Shown here one piece after another: positions 10,207-19,565 of a DNA stretch of 44,915 nucleotides (its first letter is position 1; each line of letters begins with the position of its first letter). Under the pieces are notes generated by a model, which searched no databases, was not told the origin of the DNA, and saw only the letters and a list, made by a program, of their open reading frames with translations. The stretch spans positions 1 through 44,915 of the forward strand of contig JBEPZV010000019.1 of assembly GCA_041640655.1 (NCBI GenBank). Direction: 5' to 3'. This stretch comes from a bacterium (GTDB lineage: Bacteria > Acidobacteriota > Blastocatellia > HR10). The translations under genes and the position numbers were made by a program.

Positions 10207-11472
10207 ATGCGGCGCATTCGCAAGACGGTGACGGCGAGTGGGCTCACGGTCGTGAGCGAACGCATGGATCACCTCCGTTCGGTGAGCCTCGGCATCTGGG
10301 TGCGCGCCGGGTCCCGGCATGAGCCGATCGAGCAGTCGGGCATCGCGCATTTCATCGAGCATCTCGTCTTCAAGGGGACCGAGCGGCGGAGCACGCGCCA
10401 GATCGCGGAGGAATCCGATTGGTTGGGCGGCACGCTCGATGCCTTCACGAGCCATGAATGCGCGGCCTATTCGGCCAAAATCCTCGACGAGCATCTGGCG
10501 CGCGCGTTTGACCTCTTGGCCGATCTGGTGACGGCGCCGCGCTTCGAAGCGCCGGAGATCGAGAAGGAGCGGCAGGTGATCCTGGAGGAGATGCGTTTGG
10601 TCGAGGACACGCCCGATGATCTCGCCACCGAGATCTTCCTCCGGAATTTCTGGCCACAGCATCGGCTGGGACAGCCGATTCTGGGGACCGAGGAGACGCT
10701 GGCGCGGCTGACGCGCGAGGCGATCGTCGGGTATTGGCGGCAGCTCTACACCCCGCCGAATCTCGTCGTCTCGGCCGCCGGCCAGGTCGAACATGATCAC
10801 CTGGTCGAGCTGGCGGCCCGCTATTTCGATCACATCCCCGATAGCGGGATGCGCCCTCAGGATACGCCCCCGCAGCCCTCCCCCCGCATCGTCGTGCAGG
10901 AGAAAGAGCAGCTCTCGGAGACGCAGATTCTGCTCGGCGCGCAATGCCCCGGCTTGCGCTCGCGGGATCGGCAGGCCGTCCTGCTGCTCAGCTCCATCCT
11001 CGGTGGGGGAACCAGCTCTCGCCTCTTCCAGACCATTCGCGAGGATCATGGCCTGGCGTATGCGACCAGCGCCGGGACCATGCTCTTCTCCGATACGGGA
11101 CTTCTCCTCATCCATGCGGCGACCTCTCCGAAGAATGTGCGGCGCGTCCTCGATCTCATCGTCGCCGAACTCGGTCGGCTGAAGCGCGAACCGGTTCCCG
11201 CCGAGGAGCTGCAGCGGGCGAAGGAGCAAGCGAAGGCGGCGACCATGCTCAGCCTGGAATCCTCCAGCGCGCGCATGGCCCACATCGCGCAGCAGGAGAT
11301 CTACTTCGGCCATCAAACGACCTACGACCAGATTCTCAAAAGCATCGAGGCCGTCTCCGTGGACGACATCCAGCGGTTGGCGCGAGAGATCTTTCAAACC
11401 GAGGCGCTCGCCCTCGTCCTCCTAGGACGATTGGACAGCGTGCGCGTGGATCACTCGCACTTGGCGTGCTGA
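10207..11472 (+). CDS. M16B zinc peptidase (processing-peptidase-like)
   Basis: GSRHE, GIAHFIEHLVFKGT (HXXEH), AFTS.E, ERQVILEE, ILGGGTSSRLFQ..RE..GLAY. Confidence 0.93.
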   Translation: MRRIRKTVTASGLTVVSERMDHLRSVSLGIWVRAGSRHEPIEQSGIAHFIEHLVFKGTERRSTRQIAEESDWLGGTLDAFTSHECAAYSAKILDEHLARAFDLLADLVTAPRFEAPEIEKERQVILEEMRLVEDTPDDLATEIFLRNFWPQHRLGQPILGTEETLARLTREAIVGYWRQLYTPPNLVVSAAGQVEHDHLVELAARYFDHIPDSGMRPQDTPPQPSPRIVVQEKEQLSETQILLGAQCPGLRSRDRQAVLLLSSILGGGTSSRLFQTIREDHGLAYATSAGTMLFSDTGLLLIHAATSPKNVRRVLDLIVAELGRLKREPVPAEELQRAKEQAKAATMLSLESSSARMAHIAQQEIYFGHQTTYDQILKSIEAVSVDDIQRLAREIFQTEALALVLLGRLDSVRVDHSHLAC

Positions 11473-11500
11473 GCGCGCCAGCTCCGGTCGGAGGGCAGAG

Positions 11501-12295
11501 ATGCGGATCAACATCTTGGGCAGCTCCAGCTCGGGCAATGCGACGCTGTTGGTCTTCGGGACGACGCGCGTGCTGCTGGATGCGGGATTCTCGGCCCGCG
11601 AGTTGGCTCGACGACTTCGAGAGATCGGCGAGGACCCCGCTCGCCTCTCGGCCGTCGTGCTCACGCACGAGCATACGGATCACATTCGGAGCGTTCCGCG
11701 CCTGGCGCGCACACTCGGCCTCCCGATCTTCATCTCGCGAGCCAGTTGCGAGGCCTGGAACCGGATGAACCCCACCGATCCGATCCCCGCGGCCGAATAC
11801 ATCGCCGCCGAGTGTCCATTCCAGATCGGGCCGATGACATTCCGTCCCTTCGCCGTGCCCCATGACGCGGCCGATACGCTCGCCTTCACCATCGAGGCCG
11901 GAGGCGTGAAGGTGGGGTATGTGACCGATCTCGGCTATATCCCGAAGTTGGTCGGCGAGCGCGTGAGGGGATCGGATGTCCTCATCCTGGAAGCCAACCA
12001 TGATTTGGAGATGTTGCGCAACGGCCCCTACCCGTGGAGCGTCAAACAGCGCATCCTCAGCCGGCACGGCCATCTCTCCAACGAGGAGATGGCGCGCTTC
12101 TTGCGCGAGGATTTCGATGGACGCGCCGAGCACATCGTGCTCGTGCATCTGAGTCGGACGAACAATCATCCGGAGTTGGCGCGCCTGGCGGCCTTGGAAG
12201 CGCTCGGGGCGCGCGGCTCCGCCTTCGCGCGCGACGCCGAACGACGCGTGCGCGTCGCCGCGCACGATCGCCCGGGTCCGTGGATCGAGCTATGA
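11501..12295 (+). CDS. MBL-fold metallo-hydrolase, YycJ/WalJ-like
   Basis: LGSSSSGN, LDAG, THEHTDH, HDA, TDLG, EANHD, YPWSVKQRI, GHLSN, HLSRTNN. Confidence 0.9.
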   Translation: MRINILGSSSSGNATLLVFGTTRVLLDAGFSARELARRLREIGEDPARLSAVVLTHEHTDHIRSVPRLARTLGLPIFISRASCEAWNRMNPTDPIPAAEYIAAECPFQIGPMTFRPFAVPHDAADTLAFTIEAGGVKVGYVTDLGYIPKLVGERVRGSDVLILEANHDLEMLRNGPYPWSVKQRILSRHGHLSNEEMARFLREDFDGRAEHIVLVHLSRTNNHPELARLAALEALGARGSAFARDAERRVRVAAHDRPGPWIEL

Positions 12296-13626
12296 TCCCG
12301 CGCTACACGCTGCCCGAGATGGGCGCCATCTGGAGCGAGGAGAATAAGTTCCGCACGTGGCTCGAAGTGGAACTGGCCGTCTGCGAAGTCCTCGCCGAGC
12401 GTGGGCGCATCCCCAGATCGGCGCTGGAGCAGATCCGCGCGCGCGCGCGGGTGGATATTGCGCGCATTCAAGAGATCGAGCGCACGACGCGGCATGACGT
12501 GATCGCCTTCCTCTCGGCAGTGGCCGAAGCCGTCGGCCCCGAGGCTCGCTACATCCACCTCGGCCTCACCTCGTCGGACGTCGTGGATACGGCGACGGCG
12601 CTGCTGCTGCGCGAGTCGGCCGATCTGATCCTCGCGCGTTTGGAACGCTTGGCCGAAGTCCTGCGTCGTCGCGCCTTCGAATTCAAGGACACGCCCATGG
12701 TCGGGCGCACACATGGCGTCCATGCCGAACCGATCACCTTCGGATTGAAGCTCGCCCTGTGGTACGCGGAGACGGAGCGGAATCGGGAGCGCGTGCGCCG
12801 CGCGCGCGAACAGATCAGCGTGGGGAAGATCTCAGGCGCCGTCGGCACGTTCGCTCATCTCGATCCCGAGGTGGAAGAGGCCGTCTGTCGTCGCTTGGGA
12901 CTTCGGCCCGAGCCGATCTCCTCGCAGATCATCCCGCGCGATCGCCATGCCGAATTCCTCGCGGCCCTGGCGCTGGTCGCCGCGAGCCTGGAGAAGATCG
13001 CCCTGGAGATCAGGCATCTGCAGCGCACCGAAGTGCGCGAGGCTGAGGAGTTCTTCGGCGTCGGGCAGAAGGGGTCCTCGGCCATGCCGCATAAGCGAAA
13101 CCCCATCACGGCAGAGCAGATCTGCGGCCTGGCCCGCGTCGTGCGCGCGAATCTTCAGGCAGCGCTGGAGAACATCTCTCTCTGGCACGAACGCGACATC
13201 TCGCATTCCTCGGTCGAACGCCTGATCCTCCCCGAGAGTTGCATCCTCACCGATTACCTGTTGCATCGGACGACGGAGCTGCTGGAGCGGCTCGTCGTCT
13301 ACCCGGAGCGCATGCGGGCGAATCTCGAGGCGACGCGCGGATTGATCTTCAGTGGAGCGCTGCTGCTGGCGCTTACCGAGCGCGGCCTCTCGCGGGAACA
13401 GGCCTATGCCCTCGTGCAACGCCACGCCATGCGCGCCTGGGACGAAGGCGCCGATTTTCGAGAGCTCGTGCGCGCCGATCCTGAGATCCGCGCGCGGCTC
13501 GCGCCGTCGGAGATCGAAGAGGTCTTTCGCCTGGAGCGCGCGCTGCGGCATGTGGACGCCATCTTCCGCCGCGTCTTCGGCGAAGCGGCGCGTCCCGCCC
13601 GAACGGAGGGAGACGGAGCATCATGA
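12292..13626 (+). CDS. purB: Adenylosuccinate lyase
   Basis: MIPRY, HDVIAF, HLGLTSSD, GRTHGVHAEP, GSSAMPHKRNP, ERDISHSSVER. ATGA overlap with the upstream gene. Confidence 0.97.
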   Translation: MIPRYTLPEMGAIWSEENKFRTWLEVELAVCEVLAERGRIPRSALEQIRARARVDIARIQEIERTTRHDVIAFLSAVAEAVGPEARYIHLGLTSSDVVDTATALLLRESADLILARLERLAEVLRRRAFEFKDTPMVGRTHGVHAEPITFGLKLALWYAETERNRERVRRAREQISVGKISGAVGTFAHLDPEVEEAVCRRLGLRPEPISSQIIPRDRHAEFLAALALVAASLEKIALEIRHLQRTEVREAEEFFGVGQKGSSAMPHKRNPITAEQICGLARVVRANLQAALENISLWHERDISHSSVERLILPESCILTDYLLHRTTELLERLVVYPERMRANLEATRGLIFSGALLLALTERGLSREQAYALVQRHAMRAWDEGADFRELVRADPEIRARLAPSEIEEVFRLERALRHVDAIFRRVFGEAARPARTEGDGAS

Positions 13627-13877
13627 GAGCGACCGTGCACGTCACGCTGAAGCGGAGCGTCCTCGATCCTCAAGGTCAGGCGATCCACCACGCCGTCCGA
13701 ACCCTGGGCTATGAGGGCATCCGCGAGATTCGGCAGGGGAAATACTTCGAGATCGAGCTGGAGGAGGGGCTCTCGCCCGAGCGCGCCCGCGCGCTGCTGG
13801 AACGGCTCGCGCACGAGGTGCTCGCCAATCCCGTGCTCGAGGAATACTGGGTCGAGATCGAGGGGGACGTGAGATGA
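13623..13877 (+). CDS. purS: FGAM synthase subunit PurS
   Basis: [26 protein letters not shown]. Confidence 0.95.
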   Translation: MRATVHVTLKRSVLDPQGQAIHHAVRTLGYEGIREIRQGKYFEIELEEGLSPERARALLERLAHEVLANPVLEEYWVEIEGDVR

Positions 13878-14578
13878 AATTCGGCGTCATCGTCTTTCCC
13901 GGCTCCAACTGCGATCACGATGCCTATCATGTGATCAGCAAGGTCCTCGGACAGCCGGTGGACTTCATCTGGCACAAGCAGACGGCGCTCGGCGACTACG
14001 ATGCCGTGATCTTGCCGGGCGGCTTCTCCTATGGGGATTACTTGCGCGCGGGCGCGCTCGCCCGCTTCAGTCCCATCATGGGGGCTGTACGCGAGTTCGC
14101 CGCGCGCGGCGGATTCGTGCTCGGCATCTGCAACGGCTTCCAAATCCTCTGCGAGAGTGGCTTGCTGCCGGGCGCCCTCATGCGAAATCGCGGTCGCCGA
14201 TTCCTCTGTCAATTCGTGCACGTTCGCGTTGAGGCGACCGATACTCCCTTCACGCAGCTCTATCGGAAGGGGCAGGTGCTCCATCTGCCCATCGCTCATG
14301 GAGAGGGGAACTATTACTGCGATCCGGGGACGCTCGCCGAACTCCGGCGCGAGAACCGCATCGTCTTCCGATACTGCGACGCCGAGGGGAACGTGACCGA
14401 GGCCGCCAACCCCAACGGGTCACTCGACAATATCGCGGGCATCTGCAACCGAGAGCGAAACGTGCTGGGGATGATGCCCCATCCGGAGCGCGCGTCGGAG
14501 GAGATCCTCGGCAGCTCCGACGGCCGCGCCCTCTTCCAATCGCTCGCGCTTGTTCTGGCTGCGATGACGCGCGAGTGA
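13874..14578 (+). CDS. purQ: FGAM synthase glutaminase subunit PurQ
   Basis: [45 protein letters not shown]. Confidence 0.97.
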   Translation: MKFGVIVFPGSNCDHDAYHVISKVLGQPVDFIWHKQTALGDYDAVILPGGFSYGDYLRAGALARFSPIMGAVREFAARGGFVLGICNGFQILCESGLLPGALMRNRGRRFLCQFVHVRVEATDTPFTQLYRKGQVLHLPIAHGEGNYYCDPGTLAELRRENRIVFRYCDAEGNVTEAANPNGSLDNIAGICNRERNVLGMMPHPERASEEILGSSDGRALFQSLALVLAAMTRE

Positions 14579-14594
14579 TCGCGTCCGCTCCCAG

Positions 14595-15467
14595 ATGGAG
14601 AAGACGAAGCGCCAGCCCAGACGCCGTCCGAAGATCGGCGTGGTCCTCGGTGGAGGAGGGGCGAAGGGATTGGCGCACATCGGCGTCTTGAAGGTCCTCG
14701 AGGAAGCCGAGATCCCCATTGATGGGATCGTGGGGACGAGCGTCGGCGCCTTCATCGGCGGCGCCTACGCCAGCGGCATCCCCATCCCGCAGATGATCGA
14801 GATGGCGCGCCGCATCCGCTGGAGCGATCTGGGGCGCCTCCGCCCCTCGCGACTCGGCCTCCGCGATGGGCGGCGCATGGAGGACTTCATCCGCGCGCAT
14901 TTCCCGGTCACGCGCTTCGAGGAGCTGCGCATTCCGCTGGCCGTCGTCGCCACCGACATCGCCACCGGCCAGATGCGTGTTTTCACCACGGGAGACCTCG
15001 CCTTCGCCATTCGCGCCAGTTGCGCCATCCCGGGATACTTCACCCCGGCCCTCGATGAGGAGGGACGGATGCTTGTGGACGGCGCCATCGTCGCGAATCT
15101 CCCGACGCTCGTGGCCGTGACGCTCGGCGCCGAACGCGTGATCGCCGTGGATGTGAACGCGTATCCCATCATGGAGACGCCGCCGCGAAACGCCTTCCAG
15201 ATCTACACGCAAGCCCTCGCCATCCTCTCCTTCACGGCGCAATCCTACATGGCCGAGCATGCCGATGTGCTCATCTCCCCGGACGTGGCCTCGTTCTCGT
15301 GGGATGAATTGGAACGCGCGGATGAGCTGATCCGAGCCGGGGAAGAAGCCGCGCGCAAGCGTCTCCCCGACTGCCGAGCCCTGCTCTCCCGACGGGAGGG
15401 ATTCTTCCGCCGATTGCGTCAGGCGCTGCTCATCGCGCGCCATCGCGCCGTCCCCCTTCGACGCTGA
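14595..15467 (+). CDS. Patatin-like phospholipase (RssA/NTE family)
   Basis: [18 protein letters not shown] nucleophile elbow, ASCAIPG, LVDGA. Confidence 0.9.
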   Translation: MEKTKRQPRRRPKIGVVLGGGGAKGLAHIGVLKVLEEAEIPIDGIVGTSVGAFIGGAYASGIPIPQMIEMARRIRWSDLGRLRPSRLGLRDGRRMEDFIRAHFPVTRFEELRIPLAVVATDIATGQMRVFTTGDLAFAIRASCAIPGYFTPALDEEGRMLVDGAIVANLPTLVAVTLGAERVIAVDVNAYPIMETPPRNAFQIYTQALAILSFTAQSYMAEHADVLISPDVASFSWDELERADELIRAGEEAARKRLPDCRALLSRREGFFRRLRQALLIARHRAVPLRR

Positions 15468-15480
15468 GAGCCCTTCCGGC

Positions 15481-15510
15481 TTGCCTCCCCGCCATCGGCT
15501 GTAATATATT
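15481..15510 (+). promoter_or_regulatory. Putative sigma70 promoter
   Basis: TTGCCT (15481-15486), 18 bp, TATATT (15505-15510); AT-rich patch in a GC-rich background. Confidence 0.45.
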
Positions 15511-15524
15511 GACCGGGGCGAACG

Positions 15525-15788
15525 ATGCGGATCACGCGGGCGGATGTCATCTTCGTCGGATTCATCCTGGGCGTCCTTCTCTTCCTCGTGTTCCTCTCGA
15601 CCCGACCTCGGGGATCTCCATCTCCGCTGCCGCGAGACGAGGCTCACCGCACGGCGCGCACGCGCTCTGAGTGTTTGACGTGTCATGATCCGGAGAACCC
15701 AACCGCGCTCCATCCGCTTCGTTCGTCCCATCCGCAGAAATGGCGAGATACGACCTTCGGATGTACGCAGTGTCATCCGCGAGAATGA
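15525..15788 (+). CDS. Small membrane-anchored diheme c-type cytochrome
   Basis: N-terminal hydrophobic helix VIFVGFILGVLLFLVFL; two CXXCH motifs (CLTCH, CTQCH); extra His residues (EAH, LHP, SHP). Confidence 0.8.
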   Translation: MRITRADVIFVGFILGVLLFLVFLSTRPRGSPSPLPRDEAHRTARTRSECLTCHDPENPTALHPLRSSHPQKWRDTTFGCTQCHPRE

Positions 15789-15818
15789 GCTCGGGAATCT
15801 CGAAGAAGGGGGAGAGAT

Positions 15819-17399
15819 ATGGCGAAAGCAAAAACAGCGATCGCTCGATCCAAAGTGGCGAGGAGAGCCCCGGCCATCCGAACGGCAGCAGCTCCTCGCT
15901 TCTTCAATTACATCAACGGGGAGTGGGTTCCGTCGGTCACCGGGGAGTATTTCGAGAACCGGAACCCGGCTGACACGCGCGATCTCATCGGCCTCTTCCC
16001 GAAGTCGAATGCCGAGGACGTGGCGCGCGCCGTGGCCGCGGCGCGCGAAGCCTACGACAAGTGGCGTCTGGTTCCGGCCCCCAAGCGCGCCGAGATCATG
16101 TTCCGCCTGGGGGAGATCCTGATCCGCCGCAAGGAGGCCTATGCGCGCGATATGACGCGCGAGATGGGGAAGATTCTGAAGGAATCGCGGGGGGATGTGC
16201 AGGAAGCCATTGATATCTGCTACTTCACGGCGGGTGAAGGTCGCCGCCTGTACGGGCAGACGACGCCTTCGGAACTCCCGAACAAGTTCGCCATGTCCGT
16301 CCGCATGCCCGTGGGCGTGTGCGCGATCATCACCCCGTGGAATTTCCCCATGGCGATCCCCGCTTGGAAGCTCATGCCCGCGATCCTCTGCGGCAATACG
16401 GTCGTGATGAAGCCGGCGACGGATACGCCGCTGTCGGTCTACAACCTTGTCAAGGCGTGCGAGGAGGCCGGCGTTCCGCCCGGTGTCGTCAATCTCGTGA
16501 CCGGTTCGGGATCGGGCGTGGGCACGCCGCTCATGACCCATCCCGATGTGCGACTGGTGTCGTTCACGGGTTCGACCGAGGTCGGTCGCAAGGTCTCCGA
16601 AGCCTGCGCCCCATCGTTCAAGAAGTGCAACCTGGAGATGGGGGGGAAGAACGTCATCATCGTCATGGACGACGCGAATCTGGACCTGGCCGTGGATGGC
16701 GCCATCTGGGGCGGATTCGGCACGAGCGGACAACGCTGCACCGCCTCCAGCCGCATCGTCGTGCACAAGAAGGTCTACAAGAAATTCCTCACGCAATTCG
16801 TCGAGCGCGCTCGCGCCCTGCGCGTCGGCAACGGGCTGGACGAACGCACGGAGATGGGACCGATCATCAACGAGGCCCAAGTGGAATCCATCCTGCGCTA
16901 CATCGAGATCGGGAAGACTCAGGACGGGGCCAAGCTCATGTGCGGGGGGAATCGGCTGACGCACGGGGAGTACGCCTACGGGTACTTCATCGAGCCGACG
17001 GTCTTCGCCGACTGCCATCCGGATATGGTCATCTGCCAGGAGGAGATCTTCGGCCCGGTCGTCTCCGTGATCCCCTGCAGTTCATTGGAAGACGCCATCC
17101 AGATCGGCAACAACGTGCGCTACGGGCTCTCGTCGGCCATCTACACGCAGGACATCAACAAAGCCTTCATCGCCATGCGCGAGATGTACACGGGGATCTT
17201 CTACGTGAACGCACCCACGATCGGCGCCGAGACCCATCTGCCTTTCGGCGGGACGAAGGAGACCGGCAATGGACATCGAGAGGCTGGCGTGCAAGCGCTC
17301 GAACTCTTCACTGAGTGGAAGGCCGTGTACATTGACTACAGCGGCCGATTGCAGCGGGCGCAGATTGATACGGAGGAGCTCACCCGACTCGCGTCGTGA
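15819..17399 (+). CDS. NAD(P)-dependent aldehyde dehydrogenase
   Basis: [52 protein letters not shown]. Confidence 0.95.
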   Translation: MAKAKTAIARSKVARRAPAIRTAAAPRFFNYINGEWVPSVTGEYFENRNPADTRDLIGLFPKSNAEDVARAVAAAREAYDKWRLVPAPKRAEIMFRLGEILIRRKEAYARDMTREMGKILKESRGDVQEAIDICYFTAGEGRRLYGQTTPSELPNKFAMSVRMPVGVCAIITPWNFPMAIPAWKLMPAILCGNTVVMKPATDTPLSVYNLVKACEEAGVPPGVVNLVTGSGSGVGTPLMTHPDVRLVSFTGSTEVGRKVSEACAPSFKKCNLEMGGKNVIIVMDDANLDLAVDGAIWGGFGTSGQRCTASSRIVVHKKVYKKFLTQFVERARALRVGNGLDERTEMGPIINEAQVESILRYIEIGKTQDGAKLMCGGNRLTHGEYAYGYFIEPTVFADCHPDMVICQEEIFGPVVSVIPCSSLEDAIQIGNNVRYGLSSAIYTQDINKAFIAMREMYTGIFYVNAPTIGAETHLPFGGTKETGNGHREAGVQALELFTEWKAVYIDYSGRLQRAQIDTEELTRLAS

Positions 17400-17406
17400 T
17401 GCGCGT

Positions 17407-17443
17407 GGCGTCCCGCGAGGAGATCCTCTCCCTGCGGGGCGCC
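17407..17443 (+). terminator. Intergenic stem-loop (terminator or RNA-processing hairpin)
   Basis: GGCGTCCCGC...GCGGGGCGCC 10-bp stem with inner GGAGA/TCTCC stem; only a weak pyrimidine tail (CGTCTTCC). Confidence 0.35.
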
Positions 17444-17465
17444 CGTCTTCCTGGAGGGGACACCC

Positions 17466-18578
17466 ATGATCATCGGCGTTCCGAAAGAGCTCAAGCCCGA
17501 TGAGTATCGCGTCGGCTTAGTCCCGGCCGGCGTGAAAGCGCTCAACGAGGAGGGGCATACCGTCTACGTCGAGACCGGGGCCGGAGAGGGGAGCGGCATT
17601 TCGGATCGGGAATATGAAGAGGCCGGAGCGCAGATTCTAGAGGATCCGGATGAGGTCTGGGCGCGCGCCGATCTGATCATCAAGGTGAAAGAGCCGATCC
17701 CGGTCGAATACGCGCGGTTGCGGGAGGGACAGATCCTGTTCACGTACTTGCATCTGGCGCCTGCGCCGGAGTTGACGCGCGAGTTGCTCGCGCGCAAGGT
17801 CACCGGCATCGCCTACGAGACGATCACCGACGCCGAAGGTCGCCTGCCGCTGCTCACGCCGATGAGCGAAGTCGCCGGGCGTATGGCCGTGCAGGTCGGC
17901 GCGACGTATCTGCAGAAGACGCACGGGGGGCGCGGCGTCTTGCTCGGCGGCGTCCCCGGCGTGCTGCCGGCGAAAGTCGTCATCCTCGGCGCCGGCGTCG
18001 TCGGCACCAATGCCACGCGCATCGCCGTCGGCATGGGCGCGCAGGTGACCGTCATTGATAAGAATCTCGACCGGCTCCGCTACCTGGACGACATCTTCGG
18101 GAGCCAGATTCGCACGCTCGTCTCGAACACCTACAACATCTGGAACGCTATCGAGAACGCGGATCTCGTCATCTGCGGCGTTCTGATCCCGGGGGCGGCG
18201 GCCCCCAAACTCATCACCCGCGAGATGCTCGCCTGCATGCACAAGGGAGCCGTCATCGTGGACGTATCGGTGGATCAAGGGGGGTGTGTGGAGACCTCGC
18301 GGCCGACGACGCACAGCGATCCGGTCTTCTTCGTGGACGATGTCTTGCACTATTGCGTGCCGAATATGCCGGGGGCGGTGCCGCGAACCTCGACCTTCGC
18401 GCTGACGAACGTGACATTGCCGTATGCGGTGAAGCTGGCTTCGCTGGGGTTCTGGGGGGCGATTCGGTCAGACCCGGGGCTGCGCTCTGGCGTCAACACG
18501 TATCGAGGATACATCACCCATCCGGCTGTGGCCGAGTCGCAGGGGCTGGAATACACGCCCCTGGAGGACATCGCATGA
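17466..18578 (+). CDS. ald: Alanine dehydrogenase
   Basis: [71 protein letters not shown]. Confidence 0.97.
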   Translation: MIIGVPKELKPDEYRVGLVPAGVKALNEEGHTVYVETGAGEGSGISDREYEEAGAQILEDPDEVWARADLIIKVKEPIPVEYARLREGQILFTYLHLAPAPELTRELLARKVTGIAYETITDAEGRLPLLTPMSEVAGRMAVQVGATYLQKTHGGRGVLLGGVPGVLPAKVVILGAGVVGTNATRIAVGMGAQVTVIDKNLDRLRYLDDIFGSQIRTLVSNTYNIWNAIENADLVICGVLIPGAAAPKLITREMLACMHKGAVIVDVSVDQGGCVETSRPTTHSDPVFFVDDVLHYCVPNMPGAVPRTSTFALTNVTLPYAVKLASLGFWGAIRSDPGLRSGVNTYRGYITHPAVAESQGLEYTPLEDIA

Positions 18579-18654
18579 GCCTCTGCCCTTCCCCGAAGCT
18601 CCGGGAGAAGGACGCTCTGCTGCCCATGGCCACCTCCGAAAACGAGAAAGGGGC

Positions 18655-18675
18655 TTGACAGACAGACAGTATACT
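18655..18675 (+). repeat. (GACA)3 microsatellite between perfect -35 and near-perfect -10 hexamers
   Basis: TTGACA-GACAGACAG-TATACT; the spacer is only 9 bp. Confidence 0.5.
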
Positions 18676-18721
18676 GAAGGCTGCCAAGAAGCGAAGACAT
18701 CCTCTGCGAGGAGGTCAAGCG

Positions 18722-19552
18722 ATGGACGGCTTTCGACGAAGGAATTCTCAGGAAGCGGCCATTGGGACTGCACGGAGGATGCTGAGGACGACAGGAAGGG
18801 GATCATTCATCGCCCTGCTTTCCATCGGGATGCTGGCGGGACATCCGGGCGACCACCAAGATCTGACCTCGAAGATCGAGTGCTGTTCCCCCCAGAGACC
18901 ATCGGCTTATCCTCAGCTCGCTGGACTCCCCCGCGGGACATGGGGGTTCTCGGCCGGCCCGACCGCGCGCCCCGGTTATCCCGTTGATGTCCCAAGCGTG
19001 ACCTCCGATGCCTGTCGAGGCCTCGCCGTCACGAAGGTTCAGTTAAAGAACCGCTCCGCCAAAACGGTCGTGGCCGTTCGCCTGACCTGGGATGTGGTGG
19101 AGCGCTCGAACCCAAACCACACCCTCCTTCAGGGACAGACGCCGCTCATCTGGCTGAAAGCACCGCTTCGGGCTGGAGAGGAAGCGGCTCTGGAACACCC
19201 TATCATCGCCTTTGCCGATATCGCTGCCTCATTACTTGTCCCTGGATCTGGAGCTCTCTCCGGTGAGTATCGCCTCCAAGTGAGCGTCAGTGAAATCGTG
19301 TACGCAGACGGTTCGCGATGGAGGAAGGCGATGGAGCCGGCGCACTCTGCCCTGGGGGAAGCTTCACCAACACCACGCGCCAGCTCCACGGGATGCCCAA
19401 ACCAATGGTGCTTCTGGAACCCACAGTATGAGTGTTACACCTGCCGGGCGTCTGAAGGTTTCGGATGTACGATCCAGAGAGGAGATTGCCTGCAGTGTAC
19501 GGAATGGCGCTGCTCAGCGCCCCCGGAAGAGCCGCCGGGGGCCTCTTCTTGA
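18722..19552 (+). CDS. Uncharacterised exported protein: beta-rich domain plus C-terminal 8-Cys module
   Basis: Strong SD GAGGAGGT; basic N-region then SFIALLSIGMLAG; alternating beta-strand patterns (VTKVQLKNRS.KTVVAVRLTW, YRLQVSVSEIVYADGSRW); Cys-rich tail. Confidence 0.75.
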   Translation: MDGFRRRNSQEAAIGTARRMLRTTGRGSFIALLSIGMLAGHPGDHQDLTSKIECCSPQRPSAYPQLAGLPRGTWGFSAGPTARPGYPVDVPSVTSDACRGLAVTKVQLKNRSAKTVVAVRLTWDVVERSNPNHTLLQGQTPLIWLKAPLRAGEEAALEHPIIAFADIAASLLVPGSGALSGEYRLQVSVSEIVYADGSRWRKAMEPAHSALGEASPTPRASSTGCPNQWCFWNPQYECYTCRASEGFGCTIQRGDCLQCTEWRCSAPPEEPPGASS

Positions 19553-19565
19553 GAGGGTTCCTGGG

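Noticed and set aside
12292..14578. purB-purS-purQ without purL
   Set aside because: Split pur clusters are common; purL is probably elsewhere in the genome
15837..15844. GCGATCGC/CGATCG (HIP1-like) occurrences and frequent GCGCGC runs
   Set aside because: Readily produced by GCG-ATC-GC and Ala/Arg codons in GC-rich genes; over-representation cannot be claimed without a Markov-model count
14250..17018. 922-aa minus-strand ORF
   Set aside because: Antisense shadow of purQ, patatin, cytochrome and ALDH; no motifs. Long stop-free antisense frames are expected with GC-rich codon usage.
19290..19565. 92-aa N-terminal extension of the helical-repeat ORF given by the ORF track
   Set aside because: Overlaps gene 1 out of frame; ATG 19566 gives a signal-like N-terminus just after the gene 1 stop. 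Over-long starts were likewise trimmed for hslU, hslV, ACAD, purB, trmD, PRTase, M50B and dnaJ.
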